From: Yuukianura sp. NJ FZ-2021
Lineage: Eukaryota
Length of the DNA: 64,000 nt
Assembly (NCBI GenBank): GCA_046563655.1
Contig: CM102286.1
Coordinates: 11,966,001-12,030,000, forward strand
Direction: 5' to 3'
Shown: piece after piece, positions 46,001 to 59,973 of the stretch
Numbering within the stretch: position 1 is the stretch's first letter
How the letters are laid out: every line of letters begins with the position of its first letter
Program-made: the position numbers and the translations under genes
Notes under the pieces: model-generated
The model's input: the letters and a program-made list of their open reading frames with translations, nothing else
Database searches by the model: none
What the model was told of the DNA's origin: nothing

Positions 46001-49000
46001 TACTGTACTTTTTTTTCCAGAAAATTATTTCTGGTGAAATAAAGCTCTTTTCTATCCAAGTTAATCCAAAGTAGAAAATAAATCGAACCGAGATGAAAAT
46101 CTTTTGGACAAATTGGTTCAAAATGAACTTTCTCTTTATGGGAACAAAGAAAATCAAAAGATATTGAAATCTTTGAAAATGGACGAGCCATTGTTACTTT
46201 CAATTGGAGTTGCATTGAATCTAATAAGAAATAAAAGAAAGACGGAAATGAAAAGAAATAGATTTTGGATCTCGAGGGAAAAGTGCTAAATTTAATGTTG
46301 AAAATTGATGAAGATGAAATGAGATGAAAGTGGAAGAAATGAAACAGGTGACTGAAGGGCGGGAACGGCGGAAATGATATTGATCGTCCAGAACCTTCTC
46401 TTTTAAGGAACATCTCCAGAGAAAGTGAACGTGAAAGTGACGGAAATGGGAAATGGTCTACTATTCTCCATTGTCTTCGGCCTAATAAGCTCTCTATGTC
46501 TTCCGAAATGCTTTTTGGCAAAGTAGAAGACTGTTCGACTTCTGCATGCATTTTCCATGCTCCTGCATTAATTCAATAAGAACGTTATAAATGGAATTGT
46601 CGATTTTCATCTCTGTGGAGCATCTCTTCTTTGAGGAGGATATTTTTGGTGGGACACATAACCATGCAGAGTAGATGTGTTCACGTAACTACTACATTAT
46701 AAGAGTATTTTCAAATCTTTGATTTTTTGCCCATTTTTGAAAAGAAGGCCATAAAGTGTGGAAAGATTTTTTGAAAGTTTGAATTTCACGTCTTCCAACT
46801 TTTTTTTTCAAAAAAAAAAAAAACGAGAGAGAGAGAGATGAAATGTTTTTGGGGGAGGATTTCGATCTTTTGTGGTTTTTGGCCCAAATGTTACACCTTT
46901 TGAACCATATAACCCGAAAGAGCACGAAAAGTCAAATTTTTGAGACTCAAACTTTTACTTCCTTGCTTTCACTCCATCCTTTCACTTTGGAAATAAACTT
47001 TTGGAAAAAGGTTTTTACTTCTTTTCCAATTTCTTGGAGATTTTTGAAAGTTTTTTTTTCTGGGAAATGACTTGAGGGCAAATCAAAAAGAAATCAAAGG
47101 ATTTACTTCATTTCTTTTTTCATTCCTTGGAACCTCAGAGCAGGAGATAGAATTTTTGAAGGATGGAATGTTATGCCTTATGCACTAAGGATTTATACTA
47201 CTTGTGAATACGAAATCAAAGCTATCAAAATTTACTGTTACCATTTGACTTCTCAACTTTTTTTTGGAGTTTTGGAAATTGGGAATATGCAAATTCCAAT
47301 ATAAAAACGTGCTTTTACGGCTTCATTTTTGATTAAAATAATTTTCCGAATCATAAAAGTTCCTATCGCCGCCACAAAATTTTGGTAGAGGCAAAACCAT
47401 TTCTGTTTTTATTTTCCTCGCCACAATTTGAAATCTTGTTGTTGGAAAATTTTTCCTTTCTCTCGTTGCATCTTAAAAATTTCGGTTAAAATTTCAAACT
47501 TCAGAATCGGATTATGTAATTTTGGTATATTTTTTAGAGTAATTAAAATAATAAAACAGTTATTAGGAGTTAATATTAAAACTTACCATTAGGCCAAATA
47601 TTTGATTTTTTTAAGAAAACTTGTATTTAAGCGATTTATAAGCTTTGGCCTTTTTTATTTAATATTGTCTGCATTAGCATTTTAAAATGAAAGTTCGAAT
47701 CTGATAAATTTTTCTTTTGAGTTCTTTCATTTTCGCGTCCTATTGATTAAGATATAAAAAAATTTCTAAAGGAACTTAAAAGTTTGAGAGTTAGAAAAGT
47801 AGGAGTTTGGAATTAGAAGAAGTCAAAGCTATAAGTTGTTAAGTAAGTCTCACATGGAAGCCTGAAGAAAAAGTTCACACGCTCTTGTTTAATTTTTTTT
47901 TTAACTTTTGAAAACTGGTGGTAGAGTAGAGTGAACATAAAAGAATTTTGAAAGGTCACTTTCCCATGACTTTTAAAGTTTTAAAACGGAAAGTTTCCAT
48001 CATTCATCAAACACAAAATTCCACCCAAGCTCCGCCTCTTGCCATTTCAAATTCAAAATCATTTGCAAAACAACATGTTTCAAATAATTAAAAAATGAAC
48101 ATTCATCTTGACTCGCAAATCTCTAGTTTGTACAAAACCTAAGTTTTGAGGAATTTGTGTAAAAGCTTTTCTTTTCTGGGTTGAAGTGCGAAGGATAATT
48201 TCGTGATCGAAATTTTGAAAAATTAAATAACATTTTGAAAAATTGAATAAAATTTTGAGCAAATTTTTTAAAAAATATTTCTTACCTGACTCCCACTGCC
48301 AGTCCTGTCTTCGAGATTAGGTGATTTGCTGGGCGTTGGTACATTGGACGGAACACCTCCTAACGCCGTTTCTGCTAATTTCTTCGTTTGAGCGATATTT
48401 TCAATCACAGTTGTTCCCTTTGTATTCGCTCTTCTACTTGCAACAGCCTTCTTTGCTCGTTCTCTAATTACCTGTGTAATTACAATTAATACGACCGGTC
48501 AATTACTGTAATTACAACGTAATTACTTGTAATTACTTTGATGGAAAAGTTTACTTTTCCGGGTAATTCAGCCTGAATTATTGAAGTTATGCTCAAAGGT
48601 CAACTTGCGCTCAAAGTTTCATCCTTTATTATTTCTTTGTAGAAAAAGTACAAAAGTACACATAAATTTTTTCGTTTCATCTTCCCAATTAGGAATTGCA
48701 AAAGGACAGCCGAAAGTAAACTCCACTTTTTTTATGCAGCGCTTCAAAGGCATACAACCATTTTTAGAATTTGCAAATCCATCATTAATTCTACAATTTT
48801 CTTCTTTTGAAGACGAGTCGAATTTCCCAATTTAGAAAGTTTAAATCTGTTTGAAGCGGGAGAAAATGAAGTTTAAGTTGAACAAATTGGGAACGTTTCC
48901 ATTCGTTTCAAGACGCTTCTAAGGAAGGAAAAGCGAAGAAGGCTTTAAAATCGGGAAATAAAAAAACGCGTTTTTTTAACCAAAAAAAAACGTTCGATTT

Positions 49001-52000
49001 CCCGCGCACTTTCAAATTTTAATTTACTTTGATTAGTTCTGAAGACTAAGGTAAAGAAAAGAAAGTTTAAACTTTGGTGTGGGAAAAATTGGGACGGCGG
49101 CGGCAGAAAAGATGCAATTAACTTCACTGTTCCAAATGAAGATAAAAGTTTCCAGGTTTTTTCTTCTTTTGCATCAAAAGTGGGAGTAAAAACTTTCTTT
49201 GTCTTTGAATTTCCAACTTTTCTTTTCTTTTAACCTAAATGTGTCAGTCATTCACACGTTCTTTGTTTTCTAATTTCTAAAGCATCAAAGTGATAATTGA
49301 TTAGTTTTTTATCAAAACAAAACTATGTTTTACGTCTCGTTGAAATTCGGAAATTGAAACGACAACTAAAGAAACATTAATAATTTTGATTGACTTGGTG
49401 TTTAGAATTGACAAAAATCCAACTAGAACAAAAGTTTAAAAAAAACAGTTTTTATCTCACAATTTTCTAAGAAAAACCGAAAATAGGATTGTCGTTCTGG
49501 TACGTCTTTGGCAACCTAATTTAGTTTTTGATTCTGTTTTTGATGTTTTTCAAGAATAATCTTTCAAGCATTTGTTTGAAATTCTAGAATACTAAATTCA
49601 AACTTCTGATAGACTTGAAAATGTGTGTCCTTTGTAAACAAAAAAAAATGGGGCATGACTTCAACTTCTGTTTGTTTCAAAAACTAAAAACTGCTTTTAT
49701 ACATTTTCGTTATGTTTTTACTTTAAGATTTCTTTGTTTTTGAAGTTATGGTAGGATAGTTTTTCATGCAACAGTCGCGTTATGTTGAAATGTTAAAATC
49801 AAAAACTCTTTTGTTCACAGAATTGGTTATTTTCGGGTAGTTAAACTACGTGCTGTTTGTTATAGGCTGGTTAGTTTAACCTGACAAAATCATAAGTAAT
49901 GAATTTCTAAACGTTGTTTTGACTTACTTTGAAGATGCGGTAGTACAAGAAGACGAGAATTGCACAAGGGATGTAGAATGAACAAAGTGATGAAAATAGC
50001 ACAAAGTATTTGTTATGGAAAGAGCAGACGTAGTGTTCTGTCTCTGATTCTGGAGTGTTGAGTCCCAAAACAATGGGCGAACCCACCAGTCCAGAAAATA
50101 CCCAAACGAACAGGATCGTCAGCCACACCCGAGTATTACTTTTGTGTTTGGCATATTTGATTGGCCGCGTAACTGCTATAAACCTGTCAAAAAATTAAAA
50201 AAGGAATGTGTTGTAATGTTAACATCACAAGAAATTTCTTGACACAGCACAATTTCGGGAATTTTTGCAAAAATGGCCATATTTTGCCAGTTTTACGACT
50301 ATCAGATGAAGCATTCCTGAACAGTTTCTGTTTAAAAGAGTAACGTTTAGAACGGATTTGAAAAAAGCCCAGTTTTTTTAAATTGAGTTTTCATCCGAAA
50401 ATACTTTTTTTTAGACAAGAAGAGTTGAAGCGGTGCCGCTAATCAATTTGAGACCAAGAGATTCAAGTTCTCATGGGAAACGGTAAAGGTGACGCCCATT
50501 TTGCTCGGTTTCTCCCGTTCACTTACTTTATCACAAAATATTTCATTTAAACCGAACTTCATTTCAACCGAATTTCACTTTGGTTTTACTCTCGGCGGTT
50601 TTCTTTCGAAAATTGGCAACACTTTCACCCTTACTTGATCTCCTCAAGTGCAAACTGCTTTCGCCTCGTCGCTTTCCTACAGTTTAGAGTCCTTGCTAGA
50701 AGGTTTTAAGTTTCTTCAGTTTGGTTTTATAGGTGTGGTTCTCATTTAAGCGTTCCTTTGAAAGATCTTTAGTTTGGGTTTTTGAAAGATCTTTGTTGCT
50801 TTAGTCCAAAAAAGGAGGATTCCAGAGCCCTTAATTCATCCTGTAGGATCATAAATTATCTTCTTCTCGTCTTTGGATAAAATATTCAGCTCACAGGGCT
50901 CGAACTGGCAGCCTAAGGCCTCTCCACACGCTTCCAGCTCCCGTCTTCGTCATTCTTAACCCGTCAGCTTAAGGGATACATGTGGAGGCAGAAATGTCTT
51001 TGGGCTGACAGAGAAAGGCTAAAATCATGACAACGGAGATCAGTAAGAATATGAGAGGCCGAAAACCTTTGTTCTTTTCTAAAATCCGAAGAGGCTGTTC
51101 AGGTCGCCAAGAGCGCTTTTTGTGCAACGAGAAGCTTGGTACCGAATTTAACAATCGCTGGAGAACGTTTGATTTCATAAACGCGGGCGGTAAAGTTTAC
51201 TACCGTGAAACAGTGCACTTTGCTTTCAAAATTTCAAAATTGCATATTTCAACCATGTCAGCATTATGTTGAAAAGGCTGCAGGATAAAACTAATTTTAT
51301 AGATGCAACTAATTTTCATTCCCTTTGATGCATTTTTTGATCTTTCTTGCCGCTTGAGCTTGAAACGTTGATTAAAAAACCTTGGTTAGACTGGGTACCT
51401 GGAGGTGAAAAGTACATTTGATGCCTGGTGCTACATGAAACTGAAGAATTTATTTGGAAGCCTACGGTACTTTTTTGTATTCTGGAAGTTTTCGCGCGCG
51501 AGTACTAAACTTTTGTGGTCGTTTCGTTGTCAGTTGCTGTGAATTGATGAACGTTTCAACCAGAACTGACAGAGAAAGGTAAACTTAACTTGGGAAAATT
51601 GGGTTCGCGTAAGCTTCCGTTCCACTAATATAGCAGAAAACCGCTGCTAGTCTTTTTCTGTTGTGTAAACTGGGTTATGTAAGTTTGGAACTAGTATCCA
51701 AGTAAATAATTTAAGACAAGATTACACATAGGAAAATAAGGCTTAGGGACAGTAAGCATCAAATGGCAATCCCAGTCACGCAGAACACTTCCATGTTACA
51801 GGGAGGATTTGATCTCTGATTCTGTCAAATATTCTAAAAAGGAGATCAAACTATGCTAAGATGTTAACTTTTTCTTCTGGAAAGATTACTTTACCTGTCA
51901 ATGCTGATTGCTACGAGGTTACAAATTGAAGAAGTGCTACATGTCACGTCCATTGCAATATAGACGTCACAGAAGATCGGAGGAAGTCCCCACTCAAAAT

Positions 52001-52007
52001 CATTTAC
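40068..52007 (-). CDS. Dop2R: D2-like dopamine receptor, TM3 to C-terminus (5' exons not found in window)
   Basis: Phase-compatible exons 52007-51895 (CDVYIAMDVTCSTSSICNLVAISIDR), 50183-49928 (FIAVTRPIKYAKHK...FSSLCSFYIP), 48471-48286, 45176-45022, 44371-44233 (NGNHDSGYAPSN), 41657-41423 (SRFTICKVHKASRKKREKSSAKRERKATKTLAIVL) and 40288-40068 (CWLPFF, NPAIY, FNPEFRKAF). Long ICL3 and short C-tail. Confidence 0.92.
45250..45683 (-). mobile_element. Probable non-autonomous Helitron (434 bp)
   Basis: On the minus strand: A|TCTACATAAAGGGG 5' end, GC hairpin GGTGGCC-GTA-GGCCACC followed by GAAGATTCTAG|T 3' end. AT target, no TSD. The 5' boundary is less certain. Confidence 0.65.
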
Positions 52008-55000
52008 CTAAAAATACAAAAAAAAAATTGATTAGAAAGTTCTTTAAATTAAACAAAACTCAGAAGACTTGTTTAGTGTTTTGTTTATTTGATGAAGACA
52101 TGCAAGTTTTAATTAAAGATTTGGCACAGACATGTTTTTGTAGAAATTCAAAGGGATTTTGGGTTTGTTTGAAATTTAATTGGCTTATGTGTGATGTGCA
52201 TTAGCGTCATAAGCACACCGAGCGTGACTGGCTAAGCTCAGCATAGCTTAGCACTGGAATTAACTAGTAAGTAAGAATATTGCCTCTCTTCACTGTAATA
52301 AAGTAGTTGGAAATTTCAGAATTGAAGCGAGCAAAACAAAACCAAATATTTTCATCAATAACAAATTTTGCAAAATTTAATTAGATTTCAAACAAAACTT
52401 AGTCGTTTGTTTGTTTTTAACGTAAAGCCTTTGGTAAGCCTGTGGACATAAAATTACCGGAAAGAGCAGGAAAAACTGGCTTGTTATTGCAAGACAAAAT
52501 TAATTAAACAGAAATTAAGTTTTGCAATTTTTTTTTGAGAGAAAAAAAACGTTAATTTTTTTATTTTTTGCATTGAGAAATTTGTTTGTTATTTTTATGA
52601 AAATACAGCATACTGTTTATTCTGAAAAAAAAAACAAGAACCTTTCCTAAAATGTGACACACAATAATGCAGTAAAAAAATTAGCGATTGAGAACGTAGA
52701 CAGGTAGTGATATAAAATTTGTGTTTTTTTTAAGTTAAAATGTTGAAACAAACATTAGAAAATTCTGAAACGTTATTTTTTGTCAAGAAACTTAAAATTT
52801 TCACAAAAAAGCTTTGAAAATGGTAAAAGGTTTTTCGAAATAGACTCTATTAAACCGAAGATTGAGTGGAAGCGCAGGGTTTCTTTTGGGGAAAAAAATT
52901 GAACAAGGAAAAAAGAAAAGAATTCTTTGAAGTTTTTCACTATTTTTATTAACTCAAAAACCGAATGAGCAAAAAACTGTAGAATTTCTGTGGAAATCGA
53001 ATAAGAGATTTAATTTCCTCTTTTGAATTTTTTCAATTGTGCATGACGGAATGAGATTTCCAAAAACGAAACTGAATTTTTTTCGCCCACTCCTGTCACT
53101 CGTATTGGAAATTCTAGGATTACTTTCCACGATTCATTTCTTTAAAAAAAATGGAAATGACTTTCTCAAAAGCAACTCTCTTGTAAAATTTTCTTAATAG
53201 CAAATCTCTTGTGCCTTAAAGTTTTAATTTTTGAAACTAGGCTTGACCTTGAACTTTCGGTAAAATGTCACAAAAAATGAAACAGAAATCAAAGCTTACT
53301 CTTTTCCATTCGTTCCAAAATCTTTTATTCAATTTTCAAAATCTGGAAATGAAAATTTTTTACTAAGGTTTCTCTTTCTTCAAGTTAGGTTTAAGATTTG
53401 AAAAAAACTGGAAGGTGCAAAGTGATGAAAAGGTGTATCGTCGTACTCGTTGCAGCATTTCAAAATGCTTTAGACACGGCCGTTTTTTGAATTGTATGGT
53501 TTCATTCCCCGCTTCAAAATTTGAAAGGCTCAATATGACTACATTTATTCAAGACTCCAAGATTCGTCTCCACCTTTTGCAGAGAATAAAATGAAAATTT
53601 TATGAAACCATTGGAAAAGCTCTCTTTTTTCATTTCCTCAAGGGAAAGAGAAAGTAATGTAAATTGGAAAGGACAGGAAGAGACTTTCTCAGGGAATCAA
53701 AAAATGGCGGTCTTTTTAAAACTTTTTTAAAAATAATCTTTTCCATTCTCCGACTTTCTTCTGATTAAGGAAGATGTCAGGCGCAGTAGTGTGTCAAATC
53801 CTAATCGGGACTTTTTTTTAAGTCTTTCACTGGATGTTAGAGAAAGTTAATCCGTTTGACTTTTAAAAAAAAATTTAGTTCTCTACTCTATAGATTTCCT
53901 AGACCAAAATTAAAAGTTGAAGCTTAGAGAAAATTAAAAATCGCTTTTCTGACGCTTGCTGGATCCAGCTCGCTTTAAGTTCGCATTTGATGTCCTTCGA
54001 CGTCATTTCGTATTAGAAGGAAGAACTATGGACTTGGAAAACTAAAATTGCTTGTTCTGAAAGACTAGAAAGTGAGTCTCTTTTCATTAAAAGCCTCCTC
54101 AGATTTTGAATGTGATTAGAAGGAAGGGCGGGTGACCGGGATTGTACTGTGGAGAGAAAGCAAGGAGAACAAAATAAATGTCGTCTTTTGGGCCTAGAGA
54201 CAAAACGTGGTGGCAGGCAGTTGGAGGCGCTTTCTTATCCAGAACTTTGGAAAAGACGAGCCAAATATAGACAGTACAAATGGAATAATTAAGTAATACG
54301 GAAACTAAATGGAGAGAAAGGAGACCAAAAGCCCAAAAGGCATCATTTCTCATAGTGTATATACAATGTCACCAAAAAAAATTTGAAACTGATCTTTTCT
54401 GATCAAGATCGCGTTCTAATTGATATGTTTCTTAATTCCAACTTTTTGAGAGTCTGTACATATATCTCAAGCCTTAGTTTTTGGGGAGATCAACCATTTT
54501 GCATAATTTACTTTCACTTTAATTTTTCTGTGTAACAAAAAGTTGACATGCTGCTAAGTTTTTGTAGTTAAGCCGTATTTACAAAAAAAATCTTCCCGTT
54601 TTTCTTATGCCTTTTGTTTTTACTGAAAATTGAACTAAGTATTTTAGCTTAACTAAGAAGTTCATAAAATATTTCCCGATAGATTCTGTAGAAATATGAT
54701 ACAGTTTTAGCAGAAATCTTTGACTTTGAGTACACAAGCGGAAGACACAGATTTTCTTCAGAGTAAACGCTCGTGAAGACTTTGATTCGTCACTCGTTTT
54801 TGAAAAGATTACTTCAGGCTCTACTGTATTTTTCTGATGGAGAAAGCACTACTAGATAATAAAAAGAAATATTAGAAATAGAGGCAGAATTGTGGAAGAA
54901 ACTTTCTTAGACGCTTTCACTTTTCCATTCTTCCTCAATGAAAGTTCTCAAGGATTAAGGAGAAATCAATAAAATTGGGATTACGTGGATCCATTAAGGC

Positions 55001-58000
55001 CAAAAGTTTATGTAGAATTAAAGTGCTTCACTAATTATACGAAATCTTACTTTGCTTTCTCCACTCTCTCCTCTCCTCCCAGTTCAGTTCTCCGTTCAAA
55101 GACTTTCCCAAATTTTGACTTTTTCAAAAGAAATTTTCAGGAAGACTCAATTCTTATTTTGCACTTTTCTCCAAAGAGGCTTAAGAAGTTTTTGAATTCA
55201 AAGCCACTTTGAAGGTGTTAAAGTGAACTTTCACTTCTTAAGAACATCACTCCATTTTGCATTGTATTTTGTAAAAAAAAATCTTCTTTTTAAAAGGTTT
55301 ACTCAGGTATTAACTAAAATTAAACGCTCTTAACTTTTGACAAGGAAAGTAGCCAACTTTAGTTTCATTCAATAACGGTTTTGTCTTCTTTTTAAAAATA
55401 GACAAAGACTTTTGAAAAGAGGATTAGACAGATTCATTTGTCCTAAAACTTTGAAGTTTAAGCCTAAAACACTAAACTTTAGCAGTCAAAATACTTGGCA
55501 CGTGCCGCGTTTAAATAGTGAATTAATCCCATTATAAAGTACGTTGTTGAACTCGGCTGAGCAGAGTTACTCCTGTATCTAAAATACTTTTCAAAAATAA
55601 TTTTTTTGAGAGCGAGTCGTTTTTGTTGTAAAAATGTTAAACCATTTTAAATTTGTATGGAATTTGACGTCACCGGAAGGAAACTCAACAGGGAGATGAC
55701 GTATTGCTGGAGATGGTGCTACTTTGGAGTGAGCTGCAAATGCATCAAAATTTTGATCCTGAAATAGAATCAACGTCAACTCGTAAAACTTAATAATCGT
55801 TGCCCTAATGAGCTAAGACGCTACAATGAACTTTAGGTAAAGCTGTAGCTACTTCCACCGAACCTGCCAACTTTCTCCTTCAATAAACAAACGAGCAAGT
55901 TTCCTGTTGCGTTCTAAAAATTGAGCACAACGTCTAATTTTTCTAATAAGGGAAAGTTTTGTGATGTTTTGATGTCTGTAGTTATAAAAATAAAAGTGCT
56001 CAAGTTTTTTACTACTTTTTTTTTAAACCTTTATCTTTTTAATTCTCTACACAACAGCTTCTTTGCATTAATTATTTTGATGACGCCAGGAAACCAAGTT
56101 CAAGAGTGTGATGACCTTTACGAACTTTGTTTGGAAATTTGTCTTTCTAGAACACCATTTTTTTTTGGAGTAAACATGGAATGGCTTCCTTCTTGAATTG
56201 TTAGCCAGTGAAAAGCGTTCGAAACTTTTCTTTTGAAAATAAAAGTAATAATGTCATTTCTATGCAAATTTTGAACATTTAGAAAAAAAAAACTTTTCAA
56301 ACTTTTTGACAGAAGTAAGTGCAACGCTTTCATAGATTTTATTTTTGGAAATCAAATTGAAAAATTGAATTAAAAATGGATGGGTGGATAGAAACCTCAG
56401 AAAGGTCGAAGGTTTTCAACATTCGGAAATAGTGTAATATAGTGAAATTGCTTTGAATTTCAATAGCTATAAGCGTGATTTTTTTTAGTTTTGTTAAAAT
56501 CAAAGCCCAATGACACCCTAAATTGAAAAATTGAACACAAGCCAATAAATGAATGTGTGCTTAAAGTTGTATCCTGGTGCCTATTTAATATATAATTTGA
56601 GGCGTTTCCAAACTATAATAAGAGTGCGTAAAACTCTTTTATGAAAAAAATTTACTGCCTTCGTTCAGAGAACAAAGTGACGATCGGATTTTTCTGACAC
56701 ATTGATGACTTTTTTTTTTTATCAAATTCGGATCGTTCACTGGCCGAAGCGTCGTCACTTTAGGATTAAGATGGTTTAAGTTCCGAAGTGTTGAGAACAA
56801 TCGATATCCACAAACGAGCTCGTAGTATTCACTCAAGTGTAAGTAATGTATTTTAGTGCACAGAAAGTCACTTCCAAATCCCATTAAGATATCCCTTCTT
56901 TCACTACAATAGTTCCTGCGGTTGTACATAACTTAAAAACGGAACCGATCCTAACCCTAGATCTGACCTCTATAAAAGAAATCTTGGGTTTAAACCATGG
57001 ACTAATGTATTTTCTCGTTTTCCAAAATCTGGAATTCTCGGACTTTCTTTGGAATCTGGATTTCCGGGCCTTCGTTCAGCATCTACCTGCTGGAACTTAC
57101 GCTCTACTGTGTCCATTTAGAAATCTCACGTATGGGTCATGACCTCTGGCACCCTGGATGCAGAGGATAAATCAGATTTAAGAACAACACTTTGTAGAAC
57201 TGCTGAGTTTCTTCGGACCTTCACTCTGTATTCCTAGCTCGTCTGAAATGGATTCCCGTACGGATTCAGTTGAATGAATACTGACTACATACAACTAGCT
57301 TTGGACTTTCCCCAAACCCCAAACTCCCAATTTACTTCATAACCTAACACACTTGTTTTCTTTTCTTGATTTCTTCTGGGGCTACTGCTCCCTTGTCAAG
57401 TACAGTTACTTTCACTATAGTTTCATCATCAAGTATAATCACGAACCTTTGAAATCCTTACAAGTCTATTCTGCATGATACAACAAAATTAATTAATACT
57501 AAAGCACTCATCACATTTTTTGTTAAGGTTTCACAGTTTTTGAAAATGCTGAGGGCTACAACAGCAAGTACACCAGAAAATTTAATACTTTGAAGCTCTG
57601 CACAAAACAGCTTTTGAAGCAAAATCAAGAAAAACTTTTTGTTTCAAAGTTTTTGAAAGTGCTGGATAGGTAAGATAATAGCTTGGAGCTTTTTTTTTTC
57701 AAGCGATGGCTCAGCATGGAGAACCTCAGCGCAACATACAGAGGTGGACGTTGCATTACCTCCCATTGACCTTCAGTTTCAGCAACAAAAATACTTTTGC
57801 AAAGTTTCAAATTTTCTTAATAATTTGACTTTGCACTGTGTCAAACTCCAGCATTTTGTTATAAAACAAAAAGTTTTTTTCAAAATTTTCAAGGCTTCCA
57901 GGTAATGTAGCATTGCATTCCTCTGACACTTTGATGTTGAACCAAAATAATTTTTTAAATTTTGAAGGATTTTGGATAATCTCATATCTGGAGCGCCACT

Positions 58001-59914
58001 TTTATCACTTTATGAGCTTTCGGGAGATTTTCGTAGCGAAAGTTTTTTTTTTTAAACTTTTCACTGAAGAGCGTTCAAATGGATTCACCAAATTGGAAAG
58101 CACACTATGCACCTCATGTTTACCAAATTTGTATTTGAGTACATCGAATTTGAGGCTTAATATCCTCCGCCGTTACGAATGAGTGTGTGTGTACGAAAGC
58201 GTAAAATTATGCAGTCTCACAGAAGAGGGATATGCCGTAGTGAAAGTGGTCCATCTTCAAATTGAATGCATGATTCGCAAGAGGCATTATCCTGTTCGAT
58301 ATCCACTTTCACGTCCCACTGGGCCACTATAGCCTAACCTACCCCTAGTCTCTTCGATATCTTATCAATAAGCCTTGGAGAAGAAAGAAGATTGAACCTT
58401 GGCATTAGGAACTGAATTTAATAAGTGTACTTTGGAATGCCAGAGTTTACTTTTGAGAAAGAACTTCCTTTGTACGGATGATTGACCTCGGAAATATTCC
58501 CAAGTACTGCCTTTCACTCAATTTATTTTTTCTTTTTCTTCTCTTCTTTATCCTTTTGAGCAGAGAAGATAAATAGGAAGGAAAAAAGAAATAACTTTCA
58601 CCGCCTCTCGCTTATCCAAAAAAGAGAAAAAACGAACCGAGTTGGATTCGAACTGCCGCCAGTGCCAATGCTCTAGCACTTTGTTATTTGAATTGGAACG
58701 CTTCCTCGTTGGAATCAAACCAAAGTTTGAAAACTTGGGCAGTTAGTTTTCACTTTGCTTTCTCTTCGCACTTTTTTGGCGGGAACGACTACGCATTTCC
58801 ATTGAAATTCCCATTGTTTTCTCACTGTTTTTGAAAAGTGTGAGAAAAAGTGCTTAGAGTGGTACAAATGTGCTCTGGTAAAGACAAATCTGGAGTAATA
58901 ACTGTTTGACTTTGTGGAATATTTTTGAATTCAAGTTACATAACTATTTCTCAATGTATTCTAAAAAGCCTTCCTCGTGTTTTGGAAACGGCGATGTTTA
59001 AAAAAAATGATGGTTATGAAATGGAGGAAGGCTGTTCTTGTTCTATCTTCACTCTGTTCAAGTCAGTTGAATGAAACTAACCAAATATGAAATCCCGTGA
59101 AGCATACAATCGCCTCTGACAGTGACAGAACGAAATCAGTAACTTTATATAGAGGCAAATAAAACGTATAAGCGAATGGTGAAGATGAACATTGAACATG
59201 CATTCACAAATTATGGTTCTCTTCGCATTCACGAAAACAAGGCTTTGGGTTTGTAAGCGTCTTTGTGTTTACTCTGCTACGTTAATAACTAACATGAATG
59301 TATTTTGAAAATGTTAAAGATTACATCGACGTCCCAAATTTTCCCTCATTTTAAAATGAAACCAAAATGGAGTAGAGTTTATGAAAGAAACTTCTCCGCA
59401 TGAGTTTCGTCAGTGCTGAAAAAAACAGGTTAACAAAAACCTTGTTGTTGTACATTTTTAATTTCAACTTTAAATTAAGTTGTTGCTGAAATTGCAAAAT
59501 CTTTGGGAATTAAATAAACTAATAAAAATTATGAACAGAGAAGAGGTCCATTAAGATTTCCAAATTGAAATGCATTTTTTGCCATTTCAACAAAAACAGC
59601 GTACTTTCTGTTTTCTTAGAACAACATGTTCACAGAACTGCTCTTGATCATTCAAGTGGCTAATTTCAAGCGAACTGTTGGATAAGTTTGAAGGAAAGCT
59701 TGGAACAGAGACGAAATTGTTGCCAATGCAAGCTAATGTTGTCGTCGGTGACATATAAAATTCATTCAGTGATATTTTGTATTATGAATTTGTATTATGA
59801 TATTTTGTAAGTCTTCATTCTGAACATGATCTTCGGTATGCTAAAATGAAGACATGTTGTTCTTTGAGTTTTGGCTGATGTATCTTACGAGTTAACGGTT
59901 GCAACAAATTGAAT

Positions 59915-59973
59915 TCACGATGAAAAACAACAAATTGACATCACGATGAAAAACAACAAATTGACATCACGAT
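59915..59973. repeat. 26-bp tandem repeat (~2.3 copies) in the long Dop2R intron
   Basis: TCACGATGAAAAACAACAAATTGACA x2 plus TCACGAT. Confidence 0.9.

Noticed and set aside
45895..46551. 218-aa minus-strand ORF in a Dop2R intron
   Set aside because: F/S/K-rich composition reflecting AT-rich DNA, no domain, and not needed for the receptor frame.
50175..51900. DRF instead of DRY in the receptor
   Set aside because: Common conservative variant in class A GPCRs; the TM3 Asp and TM5 serines are intact.
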